A stretch of DNA of 64,000 nt from a virus: positions 32,001 to 96,000 of the IMG/VR virus record IMGVR_UViG_3300025084_000007; one strand, 5' to 3'. A model generated the notes under the pieces. That model had not been told where the DNA came from, did not search any database, and saw nothing but the letters and a program-made list of their open reading frames with translations. Both the position numbers and the translations under genes were made by a program. Below are positions 56,127 through 64,000 of the stretch, in pieces (within the stretch, counting starts at the first letter, position 1; every line of letters starts with the position of its first letter).

Positions 56127-56286
56127 TGTGATGTCTATTGGAGTATTGATTATGATAGGAGTACTCCATAACCATGCTCACTACGCAATGAATATGGATG
56201 CAGATAGTTATGTGAGGCAGTGGTGTAGATCATCAGCAGAAAACAAAAAGACCTGCGTCCGCTATGGTGGAAACATGGACTACTAG
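56065..56286 (+). CDS. Small membrane protein with His-rich motif
   Basis: TM helix, then LHNHAHYAM.MDADSYVR.WC......C; start uncertain. Confidence 0.55.
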   Translation: MKSKILHYLKAMVMHPATHFNVMSIGVLIMIGVLHNHAHYAMNMDADSYVRQWCRSSAENKKTCVRYGGNMDY

Positions 56287-56308
56287 TCAGCATATATAAT
56301 GTACAACC

Positions 56309-56334
56309 AAAGAGACCTTGCGGGGTCTCTTTTT
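56309..56334 (+). terminator. Rho-independent terminator
   Basis: AAAGAGACCT-TGCG-GGGTCTCTTT plus TT; near-identical to the 28249 terminator. Confidence 0.85.
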
Positions 56335-56348
56335 GTTTGGAGTACACT

Positions 56349-56576
56349 ATGAATGTTTATGTAAACTTAAAACCGAATACTTATGATGGTGATACCGATC
56401 TCTTGACAGTAGAAGTGCCTGCATCTTATACTGAAGAACTTATGAGATACGTCAGACCTATCGCAGAACAAAAGAATATCGACGAATCCAAAATCCTTAA
56501 GGATATTATTAAGGAAGCAGTAAACGAAATTGAAAGGAGGAATTATGAGCGTAAGAATCGTAAGAACAAGAAGTAA
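56349..56576 (+). CDS. Hypothetical protein
   Basis: 75 aa; GGAG RBS before ATG 56349. Confidence 0.7.
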   Translation: MNVYVNLKPNTYDGDTDLLTVEVPASYTEELMRYVRPIAEQKNIDESKILKDIIKEAVNEIERRNYERKNRKNKK

Positions 56577-56895
56577 TGAAGATGTGATTTGTGACCTCTA
56601 TGAAGTTACAACACAGGAAGAACCAGATAAAGCAGTAGGATTTCAAATGAAAAATCCTTACTCGGTCTGGATTTCTGCACCTAAAACATCTACAGTCGTA
56701 GAGCAAACTGAGGATGAAGTTACTGCTAAAATCAGTGAACCATCTATCAACTTTGAACCTTGGGCACCTTTGTCCAAAACCAAAGATATCATGATGAAAC
56801 TGGACGAGATTGTCACAGTTTATGAAACTCATGAAGAAATTGAAACCAAGTACAACCAACTGATTGAGGCAGAAAATGGAACAGCAGTCGATTAA
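56545..56895 (+). CDS. Hypothetical protein (Sm-like beta fold suspected)
   Basis: VRIVRTRSNEDVICDL and F.PWAPLS; AGGAGG RBS. Confidence 0.75.
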   Translation: MSVRIVRTRSNEDVICDLYEVTTQEEPDKAVGFQMKNPYSVWISAPKTSTVVEQTEDEVTAKISEPSINFEPWAPLSKTKDIMMKLDEIVTVYETHEEIETKYNQLIEAENGTAVD

Positions 56896-57121
56896 GTTAG
56901 TTCTATTGAGAGAACGAAAAGAATATCTTATCGGTAGTATTACCGAATTAGATGAAGAACCAAGTCTCTTGATTGAGAAGTGTATGGAAGTCACTGAAGA
57001 TGGAACCCTTAAGAAGTTCCCTCTTCATGCAGAGCAACGTGATTTGTTCTTGACATCCGAGTGTGTTTTGACTATACTGGATCCAAGTCCTGATGTGCTG
57101 GAGACATACAAAAACGCATGA
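56876..57121 (+). CDS. Hypothetical protein (Sm-like beta fold suspected)
   Basis: IKLVLL..KEYLIG.I and LTILDP; ATGA-coupled to gp43. Confidence 0.7.
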   Translation: MEQQSIKLVLLRERKEYLIGSITELDEEPSLLIEKCMEVTEDGTLKKFPLHAEQRDLFLTSECVLTILDPSPDVLETYKNA

Positions 57122-59616
57122 GTTCGTTTTACACCAACATTCAACTCGCTGGTGATACAATCTTGTATAGGGGATATGAAGACGGACAACCCGTCTCATA
57201 TCGAACAAACTTTTCCCCAACATTGTATATTCTTTCACGTAAAGAAGAAGAGTTTAAAACCCTAGAGGGTAAGAATGTATCACCCGTCCAGTTTCAGACT
57301 TCTAGAGAAGCACGAAACTTTATTCAACAATACGATGGCGTTGAGGGGTTTGAAGTTCATGGTTATGAACGATTTGTATATCAATATATTCGTCGTGAGT
57401 TTCCTGGCGAAGTTAATTATGACATCAGTCAGATGAAAATCTTTGCATTGGATATTGAGGTCCAATGTGAGAATGGATTCCCTGATGCAGAAGCAGCAGC
57501 AGAAGAAATGCTATCCATCACCATTAAAGATATGGTGACAAAGCAGTATTATAGTTGGGCAACTCGGGAGTTTGAAGCACCAGAAGGAGTTGAGACACAT
57601 ATCTTCTGGACAGAACATGAAATGCTAAACCATTTTATTAATTGGTGGGTGCAAAATACTCCAGATATTCTGACGGGTTGGAACGTAAATCTATATGATG
57701 TTCCATACATTGCTCGTCGGATTAGTCGTGTGCTTGGTGAGAAGTGGATGAAGAGTCTGTCTCCTTGGAATCGTGCTAATGAAAGAGAGGTTTATGTTAA
57801 GGGACGTAGAAATATTGCTTATGATATCTCTGGGGTCAACATTCTTGACTATCTTGATCTTTATCGTAAGTTTACATATACAAACCAAGAATCTTATCGC
57901 CTAGATCATATTGCTTTTGTGGAACTAGGGCAAAGAAAACTTGATCACTCTGAGTATGAAAACTTCAAGGACTTCTATACCAGTGATTGGCAGAAGTTTA
58001 TGGAGTACAACATCCAAGACGTTGAACTGATTGACAGATTGGAAGACAAGATGAAGTTGCTTGAACTTGCCATCACGATGAGTTACGATGCCAAGGTCAA
58101 CTTTGAAGATGTGTATAGTCAGGTCCGTATGTGGGACACGATGATCTATAACTATCTTACAGATAGGAAAGCAGTTGTTCCAGCAAGAAAGGGTGCTAAG
58201 AAAGATGAAAAATATGCGGGGGCATATGTTAAGGAACCGATTCCAGGAAAGTATAATTGGGTTGTGTCTTTTGACCTTAACTCTCTGTACCCTCATCTTA
58301 TTATGCAGTACAACATCTCGCCAGAAACGTTACTTGAGGCAAGACATCCAACAGCAACTGTTGATAAGATACTTAATAAGGAACTAGATATTGGTGGGGA
58401 ATATTGTGTATGTGCGAACGGTGCTCAGTACCGTAAAGATATACTTGGGTTCCTACCAGAAATGATGCAGAAAATCTATGATGAACGGACCATATACAAG
58501 AAGAGAATGCTTAAGTCTAAGCAAGCTCTTGAACATGCCACCACACCTGCAGAGACCACATCATTACAAAAGGATATTTCAAAATTTAACAATATCCAAA
58601 TGGCAAGAAAAATCCAACTCAACTCTGCCTATGGTGCCATCGGAAACCAATACTTCAGATATTACAATCTGGCAAATGCTGAGGCAATTACCCTCTCGGG
58701 TCAAGTCTCGATTAGGTGGATTGAGAGCAAAGTAAATGCCTACTTAAACAAATTACTTAAAACAGAGGACCACGATTATGTTATTGCTTCCGATACTGAC
58801 AGCATCTATATCTGTCTTGATCTACTCGTTAGTTCTGTATTTGATGTACAGGAGGTTTCGCAAGAGAAGATTGTCAATTTTCTCGACTCTGCCTGTAAGA
58901 GTAGAATCGAACCATTCATCGAACAGTCGTATCAGGAACTAGCAGATTACGTTAGTGCTTATGACCAGAAGATGGTCATGAAGCGAGAGAACATTGCTAG
59001 CACAGGTATATGGACTGCTAAGAAGAGATACATTCTTAATGTCTGGGATAGTGAGGGTGTTCGTTATGAGAAACCCAAACTAAAAATCATGGGATTGGAG
59101 GCAGTTAAGTCATCTACTCCTGGTGCATGTCGTACTGCGATTAAAGAATGCATGACAGTTATTGTCAATGAGACTGAAGAAGCAGCACAGAAATATATCT
59201 CTGACTTCAGAGACAAATTTTCTTCGTTGCCAGTTGAAGACATTTCATTTCCAAGGGGATGTAATGGAATAAATAAATGGTCTAATCCAGCAACGATCTA
59301 TAGTAAAGGCACACCGATTCATGTGCGTGGTGCGTTGCTTTATAACTTCCATAACAAGAAGAACAAACTAACTCATAAGTATCCGTTGATACAAGATGGG
59401 GATAAACTAAAGTTTGTTTACTTGAAGACTCCTAACAAGATCGGTGAAAATGTTATTAGTTATTTGAATACATTTCCCAAAGAGTTGAATCTTGACAAAC
59501 AGGTAGACTATGACCTACAATTCTCTAAGTCTTTCCTAGACCCTATCAACGTTATTATGGATACGATTGGATGGAAATCAGAAAAAATAGCATCGCTGGA
59601 GTTTTTATTCGGATGA
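57118..59616 (+). CDS. gp43: DNA polymerase gp43 (family B)
   Basis: Exonuclease DIE, FDLNSLYP, KIQLNSAYG and SDTDS motifs; uninterrupted 832 aa. Confidence 0.98.
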   Translation: MSSFYTNIQLAGDTILYRGYEDGQPVSYRTNFSPTLYILSRKEEEFKTLEGKNVSPVQFQTSREARNFIQQYDGVEGFEVHGYERFVYQYIRREFPGEVNYDISQMKIFALDIEVQCENGFPDAEAAAEEMLSITIKDMVTKQYYSWATREFEAPEGVETHIFWTEHEMLNHFINWWVQNTPDILTGWNVNLYDVPYIARRISRVLGEKWMKSLSPWNRANEREVYVKGRRNIAYDISGVNILDYLDLYRKFTYTNQESYRLDHIAFVELGQRKLDHSEYENFKDFYTSDWQKFMEYNIQDVELIDRLEDKMKLLELAITMSYDAKVNFEDVYSQVRMWDTMIYNYLTDRKAVVPARKGAKKDEKYAGAYVKEPIPGKYNWVVSFDLNSLYPHLIMQYNISPETLLEARHPTATVDKILNKELDIGGEYCVCANGAQYRKDILGFLPEMMQKIYDERTIYKKRMLKSKQALEHATTPAETTSLQKDISKFNNIQMARKIQLNSAYGAIGNQYFRYYNLANAEAITLSGQVSIRWIESKVNAYLNKLLKTEDHDYVIASDTDSIYICLDLLVSSVFDVQEVSQEKIVNFLDSACKSRIEPFIEQSYQELADYVSAYDQKMVMKRENIASTGIWTAKKRYILNVWDSEGVRYEKPKLKIMGLEAVKSSTPGACRTAIKECMTVIVNETEEAAQKYISDFRDKFSSLPVEDISFPRGCNGINKWSNPATIYSKGTPIHVRGALLYNFHNKKNKLTHKYPLIQDGDKLKFVYLKTPNKIGENVISYLNTFPKELNLDKQVDYDLQFSKSFLDPINVIMDTIGWKSEKIASLEFLFG
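59492..59521 (+). promoter_or_regulatory. Possible sigma70 promoter inside gp43 3' end
   Basis: TTGACA-N18-TACAAT upstream of uvsX. Confidence 0.4.
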
Positions 59617-59771
59617 AACAGACAAAGTTTATGGTAACCTATCAGAAAGCATTCGGTGCTGGTGCTGCCAGAGAAGAAAAACTTTTTGATGAACTGACAG
59701 ATGCTCAATGGTTTGAGCGTGCTATGAAACGATCACAACACATCACAACATTATTAGAGGTTAAAGAGTGA
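59613..59771 (+). CDS. 52-aa hypothetical protein
   Basis: [15 protein letters not shown]...[10 protein letters not shown]; coupled to both neighbours. Confidence 0.6.
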   Translation: MKQTKFMVTYQKAFGAGAAREEKLFDELTDAQWFERAMKRSQHITTLLEVKE

Positions 59772-60778
59772 ATTTTCTTAAAGACGTAGTAAAGGAGATC
59801 GGTAATGAGTATGCAGGATTGGTCAGTGACGGTGTTGCTGCAGGTGACACCAGTGGTTTCATTGATACTGGCAGTCATATCTTTAACGCTTTGGTATCTG
59901 GGAGTATCTACGGAGGTGTTCCTGGAAACAAGATTACGGCCATTGCAGGCGAGTCGTCTACTGGCAAAACTTTCTTTTGCCTTGGCATTGTACAGCATTT
60001 TCTCGACAGTAATCCTGACGCAGGTGTAATCTACTTTGAATCTGAGTCTGCTATCTCTCGTCAGATGATTGAGGATAGGGGTATTGATTCTAATCGCATG
60101 ATGATTGTTCCTGTTGCAACCATTGAAGAGTTTCGTACCCAGTCTTGTCGTATCCTTGACAAGTACATGGAGCAGAAAGAGGATGATCGTAAACCTTTGA
60201 TGTTCGTTCTAGACTCCTTAGGTATGCTTGCCAGCAATAAGGAGGTTGAGGATGTTGCGAATGATAAGCAGGTCAGGGACATGACTAAGAGTCAGTTGAT
60301 TAAGGGTGCCTTCAGGGTCCTTACACTCAAACTTGGTAAGGCAAACGTGCCTATGCTGGTCACCAACCATACTTACGATGTGATTGGTTCTTATGTTCCT
60401 ATGAAAGAGATGGGTGGTGGTAGTGGTCTGAAGTATGCATCTTCTACTATCATCTATCTGTCTAAGAAGAAAGAGAAGGACGGTACAGATATTGTCGGTA
60501 ACATTATCAAATGCAAAGCACAGAAGTCTCGTCTGACCAAAGAAAATAGTCAGATTGAAACTCGTCTTTACTATGATCGTGGTCTTGACAAATACTATGG
60601 ACTGCTAGAACTTGGTGAGAAGTATGGAATGTGGAAGAATGTTGCTGGTCGCTATGAAATGAATGGTAAGAAAGTCTATGCTAAGGCAATCTTGAAAAAT
60701 CCTGAGACATACTTCACAGACGAAGTAATGCAAGCACTCGATGAAGCAGCAGCAAAGGAGTTCCGTTATGGCAGCTAA
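59768..60778 (+). CDS. uvsX: RecA-like recombinase UvsX
   Basis: [16 protein letters not shown] and [11 protein letters not shown] motifs; GTG start. Confidence 0.95.
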   Translation: MNFLKDVVKEIGNEYAGLVSDGVAAGDTSGFIDTGSHIFNALVSGSIYGGVPGNKITAIAGESSTGKTFFCLGIVQHFLDSNPDAGVIYFESESAISRQMIEDRGIDSNRMMIVPVATIEEFRTQSCRILDKYMEQKEDDRKPLMFVLDSLGMLASNKEVEDVANDKQVRDMTKSQLIKGAFRVLTLKLGKANVPMLVTNHTYDVIGSYVPMKEMGGGSGLKYASSTIIYLSKKKEKDGTDIVGNIIKCKAQKSRLTKENSQIETRLYYDRGLDKYYGLLELGEKYGMWKNVAGRYEMNGKKVYAKAILKNPETYFTDEVMQALDEAAAKEFRYGS

Positions 60779-61334
60779 ACTTGTAGACTATATTAAAACC
60801 TACAATGGTTTAGTTGATGAGGAGTTCTGTAGAACTGTCATTAAAACTTTTAGTGAAACCAAGGGGGAGTACATTGATAGAGATCAGCGACCTTCCTTCA
60901 CAGAATTAAATATATCTCGTCGCTTCTTAGATAAGGATCCCAACTGGATTGATATTCAAAATACTTTGACCAAGACATTCATTGATGCAGTTGAACTGTA
61001 TATGTCTGACCTGGACTTAGGTCCAGACTTTCCTGAAAAGTATGCATTTGAGGAACATCGTCTTAAGATGTATCAATCTAATGCATATGATCAGTTTAAA
61101 GATCATGTTGATGTTGGGGATTACAAGTCTGCTAGGAGATTTTTAGTCTGTTTCATGTACTTGAATACGGTGTCTGAAGGAGGAGAAACTTCTTTTCCCA
61201 AACTAGACTACCAAATTGCTCCAGAGTGTGCTAAGATACTAGTGTTCCCTGCTACCTGGCAGTGGAGGCACGCAGGTCTTCCTACGGTCTCTGAGAACAA
61301 GTACATCGTTGGAACCTACCTGCACTACGTTTAA
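60768..61334 (+). CDS. 2OG-Fe(II) oxygenase
   Basis: FKDHVD, YLN.V.EGGET.F and [14 protein letters not shown] motifs. Confidence 0.88.
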   Translation: MAAKLVDYIKTYNGLVDEEFCRTVIKTFSETKGEYIDRDQRPSFTELNISRRFLDKDPNWIDIQNTLTKTFIDAVELYMSDLDLGPDFPEKYAFEEHRLKMYQSNAYDQFKDHVDVGDYKSARRFLVCFMYLNTVSEGGETSFPKLDYQIAPECAKILVFPATWQWRHAGLPTVSENKYIVGTYLHYV

Positions 61335-62719
61335 TGAATCTAGAAGTAACTATTCTCAGTAACCTCATTTACAATGAAAGGTATACACGCAAGGTACTTC
61401 CTTTCATCAAGTCAGACTACTTCACTGCTCGGGAACATAAGATTATCTTCTTAGAGATTCATGAGTACATTAGTCAATATGATGCGTGCCCCAGTCTGAA
61501 TGCAATTGGTATAGAATGTCAGGAACGAACTGACCTCACTGAAGACCAGTTCAAAGAAATTATTCAGGTATTGAATGTCCTTTCCGATGATCCCGCAGAC
61601 CACGATTGGCTCGTTGATACTACAGAAAAGTGGTGTCAAGAGCGTGCGATCTACCTATCTCTTATGGAGAGTGTCAAGATTGCTGACGGACAAGACGCCA
61701 AGAAAGATAAGGGTGCTATTCCTTCTATTCTTTCGGAAGCACTTGGAGTATCGTTCGATCAACATGTAGGACATGATTATGTCTCGGATGCAGAAGAACG
61801 CTATGAATTCTATCATCGCAAAGAAAATAAGATACCTTTTGATCTCTCGCTCTTCAACAAAATCACAAAGGGTGGACTACCTAACAAGACTCTTAATATT
61901 GCACTAGCTGGTACTGGTGTAGGTAAGAGTTTGTTTATGTGTCATGTTGCTGCTGGAGCATTACTACAAGGCAAGAATGTCTTATACATCACATTGGAGA
62001 TGGCAGAAGAGAAGATTGCTGAACGCATTGACGCAAATCTTCTCAACATTCCAATCCAACAACTCGGTGATCTTCCGAAAGTAATGTTCGATAAGAAGAT
62101 TGCAAGTCTTGCTAAGAAAACTCAAGGCAAGTTAATCATCAAAGAATACCCTACGGCATCTGCACATGTGGGACATTTTAAATCTCTTGTTAGTGATCTT
62201 GCTCTTAAGCGGAGCATTAAACCCGATATTATCTTTATTGATTACCTTAACATATGTGCTTCCCAGAGGTATAAAGGAAGCATCGTCAACTCCTACACCT
62301 ACGTCAAAGCAATCGCAGAAGAACTTAGGGGTTTTGCTTGTGAGTGCGATGTTCCTATCATCTCTGCTACGCAGACCACTCGTTCAGGTTTTGGTAGCAC
62401 TGATGTTGACCTTACTGATACTTCTGAATCCTTTGGTCTCCCTGCTACTGCTGATCTTATGTTCGCCCTTATTTCTACAGAAGAGTTGGAGGGAATGAAC
62501 CAGATTATGGTCAAGCAGTTGAAGAATAGATACAATGATACGAACTCATTTAAGAGATTCTGTATAGGTATTGACAGAGCGAAGATGAAGTTGTATGATG
62601 TTGAGGAATCTGCACAAGACGACCTTGTTGACTCTGGACAAGGAACCGAAACCCAACAGATTGATTTAGTTAAAAAGTTCACTTCCAAAAAAACATTCCA
62701 AGATCTTAAGTATGATTGA
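61334..62719 (+). CDS. gp41: Replicative DNA helicase gp41
   Basis: AGTGVGKS, IDYLNI, ATQTTR, SESFGLPATAD and QLKNRY motifs. Confidence 0.97.
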   Translation: MNLEVTILSNLIYNERYTRKVLPFIKSDYFTAREHKIIFLEIHEYISQYDACPSLNAIGIECQERTDLTEDQFKEIIQVLNVLSDDPADHDWLVDTTEKWCQERAIYLSLMESVKIADGQDAKKDKGAIPSILSEALGVSFDQHVGHDYVSDAEERYEFYHRKENKIPFDLSLFNKITKGGLPNKTLNIALAGTGVGKSLFMCHVAAGALLQGKNVLYITLEMAEEKIAERIDANLLNIPIQQLGDLPKVMFDKKIASLAKKTQGKLIIKEYPTASAHVGHFKSLVSDLALKRSIKPDIIFIDYLNICASQRYKGSIVNSYTYVKAIAEELRGFACECDVPIISATQTTRSGFGSTDVDLTDTSESFGLPATADLMFALISTEELEGMNQIMVKQLKNRYNDTNSFKRFCIGIDRAKMKLYDVEESAQDDLVDSGQGTETQQIDLVKKFTSKKTFQDLKYD

Positions 62720-63113
62720 TTTTATTAAGTATGCCCAATTTGTATCGGCGGTCACGTCGCAAGAGAGTAAAAATTATACTGACTTTGCCAACCGAATCTT
62801 TGAACTTGCAGAAGACGGAGTTCCAACCGAGCGACTGCTTACTGCTTCTGTAGGTCTTTGTGCAGAGTCTGGTGAGTTTACTGAGATTGTAAAGAAGATG
62901 GTCTTCCAAGGGAAACCTGCTAGTGAAGAAAACTTCTATCATATGAAGCGTGAACTAGGTGACATTATGTGGTACTTCATGCAAGCATGTCTGGCACTTG
63001 ATGTTTCTCCTGAAGAAATTATTGAAATGAATGTAGAGAAACTAAAAGCACGCTACCCTGGTGGTGAGTTTGATGTTCATTATTCTGAAAACCGTAAGAA
63101 AGGAGATCTCTGA
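62712..63113 (+). CDS. mazG: MazG-like nucleotide pyrophosphohydrolase
   Basis: GLCAESGEFTEIVKK, ELGDIMWY and N..KL..RYP motifs. Confidence 0.9.
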   Translation: MIDFIKYAQFVSAVTSQESKNYTDFANRIFELAEDGVPTERLLTASVGLCAESGEFTEIVKKMVFQGKPASEENFYHMKRELGDIMWYFMQACLALDVSPEEIIEMNVEKLKARYPGGEFDVHYSENRKKGDL

Positions 63114-63232
63114 TGGATGGTGCAGTACACGCTTGGCATTCTATGAGTTATGTGGAGGGGTTCTTCTTCTCCGTCTGGATCTTAGGAATGTATTATGTCA
63201 AACTAAAAATGGATAAGAGGTTTGGACGATGA
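63113..63232 (+). CDS. 39-aa membrane peptide
   Basis: MDGAVHAW..YVEGFFFSVWILGMYYVKLKMDKRFGR; TGATG and ATGA coupling. Confidence 0.55.
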   Translation: MDGAVHAWHSMSYVEGFFFSVWILGMYYVKLKMDKRFGR

Positions 63233-63570
63233 ATTTTACACAAGATGATCTTTGGAATCAGATTGCAACTCTCGGTTGGAATGTCAGAGATGACAATATT
63301 GTAATCGAGATTGGTGGTACACAGGTATCTGGTATCTACCAAGGTGAAAACTACAACAAGAAGTGGGCAGCCCAATATGGGGATCGTAAGTATAACAAAG
63401 ATGCATTCATTGTTATCAAGAACCTCTCACGAAACGACGACACAAAATCACAACCTATGGATAGGGAGCACGCACCACATCATGGAACCCCAACTACCGC
63501 AACGACAACCAGAGACACCTCAACAGAAGAGGAAGTTTCGTCAGACAGTAGTACAGATACAACTGAATAA
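63229..63570 (+). CDS. Hypothetical protein
   Basis: 113 aa; IEIGGT.VSGI and KYNKDAFIVIKNLSR. Confidence 0.7.
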   Translation: MNFTQDDLWNQIATLGWNVRDDNIVIEIGGTQVSGIYQGENYNKKWAAQYGDRKYNKDAFIVIKNLSRNDDTKSQPMDREHAPHHGTPTTATTTRDTSTEEEVSSDSSTDTTE

Positions 63571-63685
63571 CATTTGTCAATGTCTAAGTGGCAAATGGTA
63601 TAGAACTCATTATTGGGATCCTGAAGGAAACCGATCTGATAGATTTGTAATTGAGTTTCCCCCAGAAGAGTTTAACGACGTCTGA
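63482..63685 (+). CDS. Hypothetical protein
   Basis: ATG 63482; QLNNICQCLSGKW..RFVIEF; overlaps the low-complexity tail of the previous ORF. Confidence 0.5.
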   Translation: MEPQLPQRQPETPQQKRKFRQTVVQIQLNNICQCLSGKWYRTHYWDPEGNRSDRFVIEFPPEEFNDV

Positions 63686-63891
63686 TGTATAGCCTTTGGA
63701 TTCACATACGAGCATTCGTTTCTGTTGTAGTGGTGAGTTGTGCTCACCCTGTCAACTGGGAGCAGTGTGTTCGTGTGGACCAATGGTTATTGCCTGAAGT
63801 TGTCCAAGGTTATAAACTATGGACAGGACAAGAAAAAATCTATCAAAACGAAAAGCAGTATCTAAATAGTCTGGAAGACTTAGAAGAGTAG
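63685..63891 (+). CDS. Hypothetical protein
   Basis: Hydrophobic N-terminus; C.HPVNWEQC..VDQWL.PE. Confidence 0.65.
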   Translation: MYSLWIHIRAFVSVVVVSCAHPVNWEQCVRVDQWLLPEVVQGYKLWTGQEKIYQNEKQYLNSLEDLEE

Positions 63892-63892
63892 A

Positions 63893-64000
63893 ATGACAGT
63901 CGCATCAGATCTCAAAGACAACTTAGGTAAGGTCTTTAAGGATTCTTATAGTCTTGAAAAATTTTTCAAATCTGTATCTGCATCTGGAGATAAAGAGATT
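63893..64000 (+). CDS. Hypothetical protein, 3'-truncated by window
   Basis: ATG 63893, open to the window end; late-like CTAAATA at 63862. Confidence 0.45.
   Translation, partial: MTVASDLKDNLGKVFKDSYSLEKFFKSVSASGDKEI

Noticed and set aside
24266-62719. Introns, inteins or homing endonucleases in gp17, gp20, gp23, uvsW, gp46, gp43 or gp41
   Set aside because: All are continuous ORFs of ordinary length; no HNH, GIY-YIG, LAGLIDADG or intein motifs seen
535-62942. Numerous - strand and alternative-frame ORFs in the track overlapping core genes (e.g. 907-1395, 26522-26956, 33186-33785, 56509-56994)
   Set aside because: They are shadows of strongly biased + strand genes, with no motifs, RBS or promoter context; only 53835-55476 are credible - strand genes
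1-64000. tRNA genes
   Set aside because: No cloverleaf with a GTTCRA T-loop found by eye in the few intergenic gaps; a tRNAscan-SE run would confirm

Overview
Contiguous 64-kb segment of a T4-like marine cyanomyovirus genome (Synechococcus/Prochlorococcus host inferred from petE, petF, ndhP, purS, cobS and hsp20). It is AT-rich, densely coding and almost entirely + strand. Gene order: baseplate/fibre genes (gp7 3' end, gp8, a 2402-aa structural protein, a 1907-aa fibre), neck/tail/packaging genes (gp13-gp16), then an accessory island between gp16 and gp17 (basic modular protein, petE-petF-ndhP plus membrane micropeptides, SNase-like nuclease, Gly-rich protein). Next come gp17-gp23, gp3, uvsY, uvsW, gp55, gp47/gp46, a small-ORF chain, a vWA-peptidase/CobS pair, gp45/gp44/purS/dam/gp62/regA, a convergent 4+3 cluster of membrane/secreted proteins, hsp20, gp43, uvsX, gp41 and mazG. 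T4-type late promoters (TATAAATA variants), sigma70-like promoters and intrinsic terminators are visible. I saw no tRNA, CRISPR array, intron, intein or homing endonuclease. Best candidates for follow-up: (1) the 7-gene convergent envelope module; (2) an electron-transport cassette including an ndhP missing from the ORF track and an NdhQ-like peptide; (3) a ~46-nt putative sRNA complementary to the host Yfr1 motif; (4) a ROSE-like thermometer before hsp20; (5) a possible protease-cleaved polyprotein; (6) a bipartite promoter motif shared by the vWA-peptidase and cobS genes. All family assignments come from recognising motifs and synteny by eye; no database search was run.
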